A DNA stretch of 64,000 bases from a virus: the IMG/VR virus record IMGVR_UViG_3300023174_000001, positions 1 through 64,000 of that record. One strand, written 5' to 3'. The position numbers and the translations under genes were made by a program. Positions 9,857-20,300 of the stretch are shown here, one piece after another (position 1 is the stretch's first letter; every line of letters begins with the position of its first letter). The notes beneath the pieces are model-generated. The model was given only the letters and a program-made list of their open reading frames with translations, was not told the DNA's origin and did not search any database.

Positions 9857-12543
9857 TGGCTACTAACTTAATAACTAATCCGTCTTTCATCACTAGCACT
9901 ACTGGGTGGATAGGTGGCGTACTTACACAAATTGTAAACCCGACTATTGCTCTTGACAGCAGTGAGCCACTATATGGCACTGGTTACTCTGCTTCAGTCA
10001 CATTCCTAGCCGCTAATAAAAATAGCGGAATAGTTATAGACAATAGTTACTCTGTTAAAGTTAATGCTGGAAGTGATTATACATTTTCTGCTTATGTAAA
10101 AGTACCTAGTCCACACTTAGCATCTGATTTTTCTTTGAGGGCATATTTTGATACTGCTGCTAATGGTGAAGGCAATCAAACATTACTGGACTCTCAAAAA
10201 ACAACTATTTCTTCCTATGACGGCTGGGTAAGACTTACTTTTACTTTTACAGTTCCAGCAACTTACAATTATTTCCGTGGATTTATATATAGAAGCGACA
10301 CTAAATCTGCTTCTGTTGGTGGGTACTATAAATTTTTAGTTGATGCTATTCAACTTGAAACTGGCACTACTGCTAGTGCTCTAGTTTATGACCAAGGTCA
10401 GAAGAATAAACTTGTAGATAAGTCTCTTACCAATGTCTATATTGACCACCTAACTGGTATGAAACTCAAAGCGGACATCCGTCTTGGTGATTTTGTGTTC
10501 AATCGTATCGACGAGTATGGAGTAGTTTGGGTTGTAGATAATGTTGATGGTTGGTGGAACTTACCAGAAGTAAATGTTCAAGATTTACCTAGAGGTTGGG
10601 GAGATGGTTCATACACAACTTTTGGAAGATTTGGTGCTAGAACGCTAACAATTACTGGAAGTTTTTTACTACAAGATACTGACACTCAATTAGAAGCAGC
10701 CAGAGAGCGTTTAATCAATGCCATAAATCTTGTCAAAAAAGATGCTTGGCTGGTTCTTGATGAGAAAACTCCAAAGGCATTAAAGGTCAGAATAAGTGGG
10801 ACTCCAGAAATATCTACTACAAACCCTAGAGGTAGAACTAATTTTTCAATTGGTTTAGTAGCAGCCAACCCAATCAAATTTAAATGGGAAGACGCTAGGG
10901 ATGATGGATATGCTTTAGAAACAATTACAAATAATTCTTCAAAAGTAATTAGAAACGATGGAAATACTCCAGTTCCAGTTATTTTTGAAATTATTGGACC
11001 AACCACTGGCCCCGCATCTTTATTTAATAAAAAATCCGAGCAATTGATTGATGTAATTTACAGACTTGACAAATATAAGACTTATGCCGTATATAGTGCT
11101 AAAGTTTTAAATGGTAATTTAGTATTTACAACCACTGATTCTCACGGATTTTCAGTTGGCAACCCAGTAGATTTACTAAATATAGTAGATGTTTTTGATA
11201 TATCAAGTGTAGTTTGTAGTACAAATAATTACTTAGACATAAGCACTACACTAAAGCACAATTTTTCAGTAGGTCAAAGAATTTATTTGACTGGTATTAG
11301 CGGTCTTACTAATTACTCCAGCGTAACAGATGGCGAGTACGGAATAACTGGTACCTATTCTTCGGATGATTATAAATTTAGAATTTCTGTTTCTGGGCTG
11401 ACTACTGCTGCTTCTCAATCTGGCATATCATCATCAAATTTCTCTGTTTCAGCCAATACCTCTAGTATTGTTTTTGATGGGCCTAATAATGTGGCAACTG
11501 TAACTACACAAGCGGCACATGGTTTTTCTACACAAGACCAAGTTGTTTTATCTAATGTTGGTGCTGTATACAGCGGTACTTATACAATAACTTCTGTTCC
11601 GTCTACAACTTCATTTGAGGTTCTTTTATACAATTCTCAGACTATAACTTCAGTAACTGATTATGAATCAACCTTGTCTCTTGGAACAATAACTATTGGA
11701 AGTACTTTATCTGCTCAAGCGGATGATTACATAACAATTGATGGGGTAAATGAAAGTTTTAATGGAACCCATAAGGTTGCATCAGCAAACAGCACCGCTA
11801 TCACTTTTTACAAAAAATTTGGCAGTACCGCTAACTCCACAAGCATTTCTTCAAATCCAGGCACAGTTTACTTATCTGACTTAAGTTCTAGGTCTTCTGC
11901 TTCATTTACTAACGGGAAAGCCTATTATGGAAATATTTACAATGGCTCTTTTACCGTTTCTAGTGTTTCATCATCTACTCCAGACGAATTTACAGTGAAT
12001 AGGCCAATTTATTACCCTAATGTTGGACTCTCTTACATAGGGGCTTACGATGGCAATACATTTCCTATTGTCAGAACATACGCTGAAACTCTAAGCATTG
12101 ACACTTATACAAAAGACATTGCCATAAATGGTGAAATTGGCGGGTATAGGTCAAAACTAGACACGGTTGTTGATTGGATTGAACTTCAACCTGGTGATAA
12201 TGAGATTGCTTTTGACGACTTAAATAAAATTTCTGCCACTCAGGTTGCTTTCACAACTAGCGGAAATGTGGCAACTATCACCTTAGAATCTAATCACAAT
12301 TTTGTCGCTGGCTCTCAAATTAAACTTATCGGGCTAAATACAGTTAGTGGTGGCTCGAATGTTTTTGCCAATGCTTCTACTGCTACAGTTGCCACCATTC
12401 CAGACACAAAAACATTCACTTTTACTCCAACTAATTATTCTGGTGCTTCTAACATTTCTCCAACTACGGTGTCTACTGGATACATATATGAAGTCAGTAA
12501 GGCTTATGTGAATGTTTACTACCGCTCAGGTTGGATTGGGTAG
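9856..12543 (+). CDS. Distal tail (Dit-like) protein with N-terminal carbohydrate-binding-like domain and inserted beta-modules
   Basis: Follows TMP; NLITNPSF...AIQLETG CBM-like N-terminus; GWW, RTLTITG, NDGNTPVPV, WIELQPGDN, YYRSGW Dit motifs. Confidence 0.75.
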   Translation: MATNLITNPSFITSTTGWIGGVLTQIVNPTIALDSSEPLYGTGYSASVTFLAANKNSGIVIDNSYSVKVNAGSDYTFSAYVKVPSPHLASDFSLRAYFDTAANGEGNQTLLDSQKTTISSYDGWVRLTFTFTVPATYNYFRGFIYRSDTKSASVGGYYKFLVDAIQLETGTTASALVYDQGQKNKLVDKSLTNVYIDHLTGMKLKADIRLGDFVFNRIDEYGVVWVVDNVDGWWNLPEVNVQDLPRGWGDGSYTTFGRFGARTLTITGSFLLQDTDTQLEAARERLINAINLVKKDAWLVLDEKTPKALKVRISGTPEISTTNPRGRTNFSIGLVAANPIKFKWEDARDDGYALETITNNSSKVIRNDGNTPVPVIFEIIGPTTGPASLFNKKSEQLIDVIYRLDKYKTYAVYSAKVLNGNLVFTTTDSHGFSVGNPVDLLNIVDVFDISSVVCSTNNYLDISTTLKHNFSVGQRIYLTGISGLTNYSSVTDGEYGITGTYSSDDYKFRISVSGLTTAASQSGISSSNFSVSANTSSIVFDGPNNVATVTTQAAHGFSTQDQVVLSNVGAVYSGTYTITSVPSTTSFEVLLYNSQTITSVTDYESTLSLGTITIGSTLSAQADDYITIDGVNESFNGTHKVASANSTAITFYKKFGSTANSTSISSNPGTVYLSDLSSRSSASFTNGKAYYGNIYNGSFTVSSVSSSTPDEFTVNRPIYYPNVGLSYIGAYDGNTFPIVRTYAETLSIDTYTKDIAINGEIGGYRSKLDTVVDWIELQPGDNEIAFDDLNKISATQVAFTTSGNVATITLESNHNFVAGSQIKLIGLNTVSGGSNVFANASTATVATIPDTKTFTFTPTNYSGASNISPTTVSTGYIYEVSKAYVNVYYRSGWIG

Positions 12544-12583
12544 TGTATAATTACTATAAAGACAGATACACAGTTAGGCAATT

Positions 12584-15500
12584 ATGTCAGATACATCAGT
12601 AGAGTATAGATATTTCATAACAAATATTGTCACTAATCAAGTGATTGCTGAAGTGCCGCTAACTGGCGTATCTTATGAAAGAGGATTGAAAGACGCTGGT
12701 TCTTTTTCTGGCACACTAAGCCTTTCCGTAGAGACAGAAGGTATTGATGTCTATAATACAACTTTGCCCGGTAAAAACGCTATATATGTAGTTAGAAATG
12801 GCGTTTGTGTTTGGGGTGGAGTGATTTGGTCTCGCAGTTATGATGTCGTTGATAAAAGTGTTTCTATCAATGCTAATGAATTTACAAGTTATTTTCAGCA
12901 TAGAAAAATTTGGAAGACTTGGAATCTAAATCACGACGGCACTTGGGTATATGTCGACCCTAAAAATGACCAGCAACTAATTGTTGAGTTAGCCAAGAAT
13001 GACAAAATAACTATTGAAAAAGGCGTTGCCGTTGAACTATCTTTCTTAGATAAGCGTGGCTACAATCTTAGCGGTCATTTTAGAGTAAATAAAAATTTCT
13101 ATAACGCTTCCAAAATAACTGTTGACATAGAGGCTTTACAGTGGAATGTTCCTGGCGTATCTCACACATTCCAAACTAAAAAAGATGGAATCTACGATGT
13201 TGTTCAACGAGAAGTTACTCAAGGCAGTAAAGAAGTAAAAATCACAACTGACGAGCCTCATATGCTTAGCGTTGGCGATGAGATTTCTATTACAAATCTA
13301 GACTCAGATGTTCCAATTGCTCAATATAAAACTTATAAGTCTCAAAGTGCCGAGTATCCAATAGCCCCGATATCTTCCACATCAAAGATAATTAGGTATT
13401 GGGCATCGTTTTTAGTTAACCTAACACAAAACGCAGGTCCTCAGGTATATGCAGACCAGTTTGTGATAACTGGTATAAAAACTGCTGGAATTTCAGTCGG
13501 AGCAAAAATTAGTCAACTGACTGATGTTGCATTGTCTAAAAGACTTGGCACAAACATGGGTGCTGGTCCATTTGAAGATGGGTTTGATTGTAGAGTCACT
13601 AAAATTCTTAGCGACTATTCGCTACAATTTAGTGCTTACAGTTATGGCAGTTCAGTCAACACTGCTGCTAGTAGAACTGGCCCGATATCCCTTAAATTTG
13701 AAAATAACAAATCTGGCTATGTAGCGAGCACAGACAATAAGACAGGGCAACTAACTTATTCTTTCCAACCTAAGAATTACGCTTGGGCTGGAAAAATAAA
13801 AGTCGGCAGTTTGATAAAAACAAATGGCATAAAATCACTTGAAACTTATGCCGATGGGACAGCAAAACCAGATAAGGTTTTTGGAGACTTACCAGGAACA
13901 AAAACGCGTTTCCCTCCAGAGGGTGGTTCTACTTACACCGCTGTTATCACTGGTAGCGGAGACACTAAAAAGATACAACTAACAACTGGTTATGCTCAAG
14001 GCAACAATGTTAAAAAAATTAAACCTGGAATGTTGTTTTATATTGTAAGCCAAAGCGGTGGTGCTGCTGTATCTATAAACGATTCAGTTGTAAAAGATGT
14101 GGGAAATCCTAGTGGACCAGACGATACAGCAAATAACTGGTTTACTTTAGAAAGCATGCCTTGGCCTGACGCTTCCTCAAGAAATATAAGATTTGACATT
14201 GCTGAAAATGAATATCACAAAGTCTCTAAAATACTTTACCCAGATGTAGTAAAAACTATGGCTGATTACTACTACGCCAGCCAAAAAACTGACTTTGTTA
14301 CCGTTCCAGCCTTAGAATTTAAACGCTCTGTTTCAGACCCTCTCAATTGCTCTGCTTTTTTATATAACTGGAACCCACCAAAAGCAGACGCAACTTTTAC
14401 AATTATTGATGTTGAAACACACGATTATCCGTACACAAAAAGCAAAGCCGCGGTGTGTGCTAACACTGAGACTGGAGAATATGCTCCAATTATAAAAGTT
14501 ATTGACAGTAAAACTTTTGTTGTCAACTCCTCCTGTGAAGCAAAATATACAGATACCAGCACAAAACAAACAGATGCAAAAATTGCTTGGAATGGTAGGT
14601 ATCAAGCAAGTATGTACACTCACACGGATACATACGAGCAGGTTAGGTACTTCTTAGGTAAAGTTTATGAAGATTTTGTTTCAATAAAAAACAATAATCC
14701 GTTCTTAAGCAATTTGGAAAAAACTCAAATAAAAAGTGCAAATTTTGATGGTGTAAAAGATGTTGCCACAATCTCTACTGGATTCCAACAACCTGTCTAC
14801 AGTAAAATAATTTACATAGATTACAACAGTGGAGCCCCTACAATTGTTGCAAAAATAGGACTACCCTCACCGTACAGCCCATTTGATACAACCGAAGATG
14901 TTGGTAAAGAAATAACAATCACTGGTTCGGATGAAACAATAAATGGAACATTCTTTATAAGACAAATAGGCAATGATAAAGATTATGTTTATTACAAATT
15001 GGCCGACAGTGAACAAAACATAAGTAGTTATGCTCTAACCAATATAAGTTCTAATGGAACTAAAATAACTTACACTACCTCTGCAAATCACAATATTAGA
15101 GTTGGGCAATTTGTCACAGTTGGTGGTTCAATTACTAAATTGAATGTCAACAATGTTGAGGTTGAGAGCGTTACTTCAAATACACTGGTGGTTTCTCAGC
15201 AAGCACAAATTGGCAGTAGTGGCTCTGACAGCGACCCCAAATGCTCTATCTTCACATCAGATAGACTTACAGCGACAGAAAAATTGCCACTTAATTCTTC
15301 TGTAATAACTTTTGGTAAGCACGACTTATCTGCTGGAAATAACATAGAAATCAGCGGTCTGACTAAAGAAAATTATGACGGAACTTGGAAAGTTTCTTCT
15401 GTGCCTGACCCTGTTTCATTTACATACAAACCATCTTTTGAATCCTTAAAAATAAAAAGTGTAAAACTTGAATGGTTAGTAGATAGTTATGTTGTAACTA

Positions 15501-17362
15501 TTAAGTTAGATGAAAAACCTGATTTTTCTAAATATTCTTATATGGAAAAATCAACAAAAATAAAAATATCTAATTTAGGTTCTCCGTATGATGGTACTTT
15601 TACTTTAGACAATTACTTTGAACTTTCATCTGGCGATGAAACTTCATATTTTTTCTCTTACAAAATATCTGGTGCCAATACCACAAGACAGGTACACCCT
15701 CTTAGGTCTTCAAACTTTAGTCAAAGAACTTATGGAACTCCAAAAACTATAACTTTTGCTAACTATGTGGCAGAAATTGGCGGGACCAAAACAAAACTAA
15801 GCCCTACTGGTAGAGGCACAACTACTTATACAGTGCCTTCACACGGATTTTCAGTCAATCAACAAGTAGTTGTGTCAAATATTGGTGGAGAATTTACTCA
15901 ATTAGCAGGAAATTCCAATCTTTATTCTCAATATATAGTCACTGTTTCTTCGGTTGCAAATGTTAACGCATTTACTGTTAACAACATAAGCAACGCAAAT
16001 AATGAAAGTCTTTGGAAACTAAAAAACAATTCTGATTTAGAAATTGGAAAGTCCAATACCACTAGAACCCCAAGTAGTGCTACGATAACGGCTTACGATG
16101 GCTCTGTGGATAGACCAGACGACATCTATCCAGTAGTAAAAATTGATGATTTACCTACTGTAAATAACGCTACAACTTTGACTGTTGACATAACTGGTAA
16201 AGCGTTTAATGCTAAAACAAAGACCGTTTACCTGCAATTGGCATCTGACCCTGGATTTGCTGTTGGTCAAACCGTATTTATAGAAGAAACTGACGACATA
16301 GCCAATAAGAATATTTTCAATGGTTACTACACAATAAGCGAATTTACTAAATGGACAGACAACAAATACCAACTTGTTTATAACTCAAGCGATAAAAAAC
16401 AGAAAAAAGACATTGGTGAATTTGACAAAAAGCAAAAACTTCTTGCTTATAAAAAAGAGAGCACTAATAGTGCTGCCAAGGCAACTGTTTATGCTCAAGT
16501 AATAGTTGGAAGTTATGGCTCATTTACTGAAAATTCTGACCCTCAAATAGAATTCTCTACTTATGAAGATTCTGGAAATTATCAAAGAGTGCCAGTATAT
16601 TTTGGCCATGAATTAAAAATTGTCGGAGAATATCTGTCTGAGTATTCAGATAAATACATAGTTAAACCTGGTAGCACAAAAATTATTAGAAATGTGTATG
16701 GTTTTGAGTATCGAATTGACTGCGTTTATGACCAAATAAATTCTACTTTTAGAAGAATATTTACTTTCTTGCCTATCACATACCCAAATCCTCCTGTTCA
16801 CGGAGAAGTTTCTCCGCCTAGCAGATTTGGTGCTGACAAAATTGTTTTTGAGTACCCAGGCAACATAAGCAATCTTTCTCTAGAAGAATCGGCTGAAGAG
16901 GCTTCTACTAGATTCTTTATGGTTGGTAGTGATGGCGGTACTGGAACTCAAGGGGCTTCTAAGTCATATGTTGGGGTTGCCCACAAAAACCTTTTGGCTG
17001 ATAATTGGCCATTATTAGATTCCGACGAAAACAATGACAAGTTGGATTTAATTTCTGAAATATCAGAAAATGCTTATAGATATCTAAATGAAACTAAACC
17101 ACCGTCTGGCACCTTCCAAATTGGAGTTGTTGGGAACCTAGACCCTGTAGTAAACACATATCAGCCGGGGGATTGGTGTAGCATTATAGTAAATGATAAG
17201 TTTATAAAAGACAGGCTGGCTAGTGATTTGGAGCCTAGAAACGATGTAATTGTGAGAAAGATTATTTCTTATAGCGTTGAAGTTCCAGACGCTCCATCGG
17301 TTCCTGAAAATGTAAGCATAAGCCTTATTACAGAGTGGGATGTTGATAAGCGTGGCAACTGA
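12584..17362 (+). CDS. Large minor tail protein (Tal/hub-like) split by a long insertion
   Basis: N-terminal AEVPL.GVSYER.L..AGSFSG, VWGGVIWSR and C-terminal FEYPGNI, YQPGDWC hub motifs flank many beta-modules. Confidence 0.7.
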   Translation: MSDTSVEYRYFITNIVTNQVIAEVPLTGVSYERGLKDAGSFSGTLSLSVETEGIDVYNTTLPGKNAIYVVRNGVCVWGGVIWSRSYDVVDKSVSINANEFTSYFQHRKIWKTWNLNHDGTWVYVDPKNDQQLIVELAKNDKITIEKGVAVELSFLDKRGYNLSGHFRVNKNFYNASKITVDIEALQWNVPGVSHTFQTKKDGIYDVVQREVTQGSKEVKITTDEPHMLSVGDEISITNLDSDVPIAQYKTYKSQSAEYPIAPISSTSKIIRYWASFLVNLTQNAGPQVYADQFVITGIKTAGISVGAKISQLTDVALSKRLGTNMGAGPFEDGFDCRVTKILSDYSLQFSAYSYGSSVNTAASRTGPISLKFENNKSGYVASTDNKTGQLTYSFQPKNYAWAGKIKVGSLIKTNGIKSLETYADGTAKPDKVFGDLPGTKTRFPPEGGSTYTAVITGSGDTKKIQLTTGYAQGNNVKKIKPGMLFYIVSQSGGAAVSINDSVVKDVGNPSGPDDTANNWFTLESMPWPDASSRNIRFDIAENEYHKVSKILYPDVVKTMADYYYASQKTDFVTVPALEFKRSVSDPLNCSAFLYNWNPPKADATFTIIDVETHDYPYTKSKAAVCANTETGEYAPIIKVIDSKTFVVNSSCEAKYTDTSTKQTDAKIAWNGRYQASMYTHTDTYEQVRYFLGKVYEDFVSIKNNNPFLSNLEKTQIKSANFDGVKDVATISTGFQQPVYSKIIYIDYNSGAPTIVAKIGLPSPYSPFDTTEDVGKEITITGSDETINGTFFIRQIGNDKDYVYYKLADSEQNISSYALTNISSNGTKITYTTSANHNIRVGQFVTVGGSITKLNVNNVEVESVTSNTLVVSQQAQIGSSGSDSDPKCSIFTSDRLTATEKLPLNSSVITFGKHDLSAGNNIEISGLTKENYDGTWKVSSVPDPVSFTYKPSFESLKIKSVKLEWLVDSYVVTIKLDEKPDFSKYSYMEKSTKIKISNLGSPYDGTFTLDNYFELSSGDETSYFFSYKISGANTTRQVHPLRSSNFSQRTYGTPKTITFANYVAEIGGTKTKLSPTGRGTTTYTVPSHGFSVNQQVVVSNIGGEFTQLAGNSNLYSQYIVTVSSVANVNAFTVNNISNANNESLWKLKNNSDLEIGKSNTTRTPSSATITAYDGSVDRPDDIYPVVKIDDLPTVNNATTLTVDITGKAFNAKTKTVYLQLASDPGFAVGQTVFIEETDDIANKNIFNGYYTISEFTKWTDNKYQLVYNSSDKKQKKDIGEFDKKQKLLAYKKESTNSAAKATVYAQVIVGSYGSFTENSDPQIEFSTYEDSGNYQRVPVYFGHELKIVGEYLSEYSDKYIVKPGSTKIIRNVYGFEYRIDCVYDQINSTFRRIFTFLPITYPNPPVHGEVSPPSRFGADKIVFEYPGNISNLSLEESAEEASTRFFMVGSDGGTGTQGASKSYVGVAHKNLLADNWPLLDSDENNDKLDLISEISENAYRYLNETKPPSGTFQIGVVGNLDPVVNTYQPGDWCSIIVNDKFIKDRLASDLEPRNDVIVRKIISYSVEVPDAPSVPENVSISLITEWDVDKRGN

Positions 17363-20300
17363 TAGAAGTAGAAAATATAGGTCCATAACTGCTCGCATCG
17401 CAGATATGGATAAAAAACTAAACTCTGTTTCAAAGAATATGCAAACAGCAACGGGCGGTTTAGCCGATGACGCTGTGTCTGAAGAGTCTATTCAAAGTAA
17501 TTCCATCACATCAGATGCCTTACAAATTGAATCAATTACTGCCGATAAAATAGCACCTAGCGTTTTTGAAAATGCTTCTTCTGGTATTCAAAGAGTTCCA
17601 GCACCGCTAACTTCAGTAAATTACTGGAACTCTGCCATTTACGGAAACATAACTGCTTTTACGGATGCTTATTTTGCGGATAAAGAAAATAAAAATGTTG
17701 AAGCGACTGAAAGCGGAATTTTATTTAGTCCAGAATCTAATAGTTCTTTAGTTATTAGCAAGGCTCAGTTATTTGAAAATGGCATTGTAGTTTTGACTAC
17801 TGATGTGGCTCACGGCTATGAGACGCTTGACTACATAACTATTAGAAATCTTGGCTCACCTTTTGACGGCCAGTGGGTAATTTCTAATGTACCGACTACA
17901 ACTACAATTGTTTATACAATAAATCAATTCTCCGAAGATAGTACCGATGTGGGGGAAGATAGTGGTGCTTATGTCGTCGTTGGTGGAAGTTTTGGAACTA
18001 CTTCAGTGTCAGAAACTGCCAGTTATAAACATTCCATAATTAGAAAGTCTTTTGTAGATGGTGTAATAACTCTAACTCTTTTAGACGACACGGATGTAAC
18101 TTCTACTTATCAAACTCACGGCTATGAGGTCGGCTATACCATAAGCGTTATTGGATTAGGTTCTCCATATGACGGCGTTCATAGAATAACTTATGTACCA
18201 GAAAGTCAGAACAATATAGTTCAGTACAGAGTCGACAACAAAACCGTTGACGAATTTGAACCAAAAATTTCTCTAACATCTGCTTTTGGAGATGGCGAGA
18301 AGATAACTTATGAATCTTCAACAAATCACGGACTTTCTGTAAATCAAATTGTAGAAGTAAGTGGATTTACTACAACCACTGGATACAACTTGACTGGAAG
18401 AGTTAGCGGTGTTTATGGTAGTGGCTCTACATTTACTATTGATTCAACAGTTGTTCCAGCGACTAATTACCCAGAAACTGGTGGGACATATTATTGTAAA
18501 ACAGCAGAAATAACCGTAGATGCTGATGCTGTTCTGTTTTTGACTGGAAAAAATCCAACCCCTACTAGCCGAAATGTTTTAGTAAGTTGGTCAGCCGACA
18601 AACCAATAAACATCTATGCCGCCATTTGGGTTTCTAATTTTCCTGACAATATATTTTTTACAGAGATAGATAGCACTAAAAACCCTAATGTTTATGACTT
18701 GACTGGCATAAATAATTACTTGTGGAACATTCCTCAGGACATAACTCATTATGCTATCTACGCTGAAGTCCTTGCTGGCGGTGAAGAAACTACACTAAAA
18801 GATTTTTATGTTTTTGAGGCAGTCGGCAACGCAGATAAAAAATTACACAAAGTAATTGGTGCTTCTGTAGAGCCTGTTGTAGATGATAAAAACAAAATAA
18901 CTATTTACACCGATAATCCACATCCTTATTCTGTAGGCGACTATGTGATTTTAAGTAATATGGAAAAAGTTTCAGACTCACTGAACGATGTTAAATATGA
19001 AGTTCTAACTGTTTCTGACGATAAAAAAAGTTTTGTAGTAGAAAAACCTACATACAAACTATCTGTAAATACAGCAAGTGGTACTTTCTTAGTAAATACT
19101 TACCCAACACAAAGCATTTCTGGAAAAGTGTTTGTCGCACAACCGTTTACTTCTAGCAATACGACGGCACTTCCAAATGGCTCCGCCACTGCTTTGGTCC
19201 CAAACACTACGACAACAAATCTAAAAACTGGACTTATTGCTACTTTGACTGCTGGTAGCAATGCTGTAACTTTGACAACTGGAAATACAGATGGATTACT
19301 TGTTGGGCACTCTCTAGTAAAAACTTCTGGTGCTGGAGCATTCTTAAGTGCTGGAAATGCTTTTGTTGCTAGTGTAAACGCCTTAAGTACTACGCAATTT
19401 ACAACTACAACAACTCACAACACCAGCGGTTCTATAACTTTTAACAGTGCTAGAACAGATACCTCTTTTGATTCTTTTAGAGTTAGCAATGTAAGTGGTG
19501 GGACTAACACCGTTGATTTGACTTTCTATGTGCCAACTACAATTGTTGATGACCAGACTGGATTAGTTGCCACCTTGACAAGTGGAAGTAAAACTGTAAA
19601 TCTGACTACTGGAAATACAAATTCTATTTATGTCGGTCAATTTTTGACCAAAACTAGCGGAACTGGTGCTTTTGGTAATTCTGGTCTTGTCTATATCACT
19701 AGCGTAAATGCTAGTAGTACAACTGAATTTACTGTTGATTACGACCATGGAACTTCTGGTTCAACTACTTTTAAACTTTCTTCGGTTGGAAAAGTTTCTT
19801 TGGATGCCAGTGTTATCGGTGGAAACAAACAGGGTCAAATTACCACGATAAGTTCTAATGGCCTTACTCAGAAAACTAGCGAAGGTGGAGATTCGGTAAA
19901 CCTAACCGATGACACCAATGTTGATAATCATTTATCTATTAAAGATGTACGAGAAGAAGTTGTTGCTTCTATTTCTGCAACTGGTGCTGGAACTTTTAAA
20001 ACTCTAGACGCTGACTCTTTGTCTGTTGATACTGATATCACTATTGGAAGTGAAAATATTTCTTTAGTTGGAATTACTAATGCTACTTACACAAGTTTTA
20101 TTGATAAAAAATATAATGGTAATTCTTATTCTGGTTCGCTTTTAGACAGACTGGCTCGTGGAACTATTTATCAAGCAGTTTGGCTAACTCCTACTGCTAA
20201 TATTCCTGCCAACGCTCAGTACTACGGCCTGGCTGCTGGGACTTTTAAATTAGACTCAAATAGGCTTTATCAGGTGTTTGTAAGTTCTTCTGGTATGAGG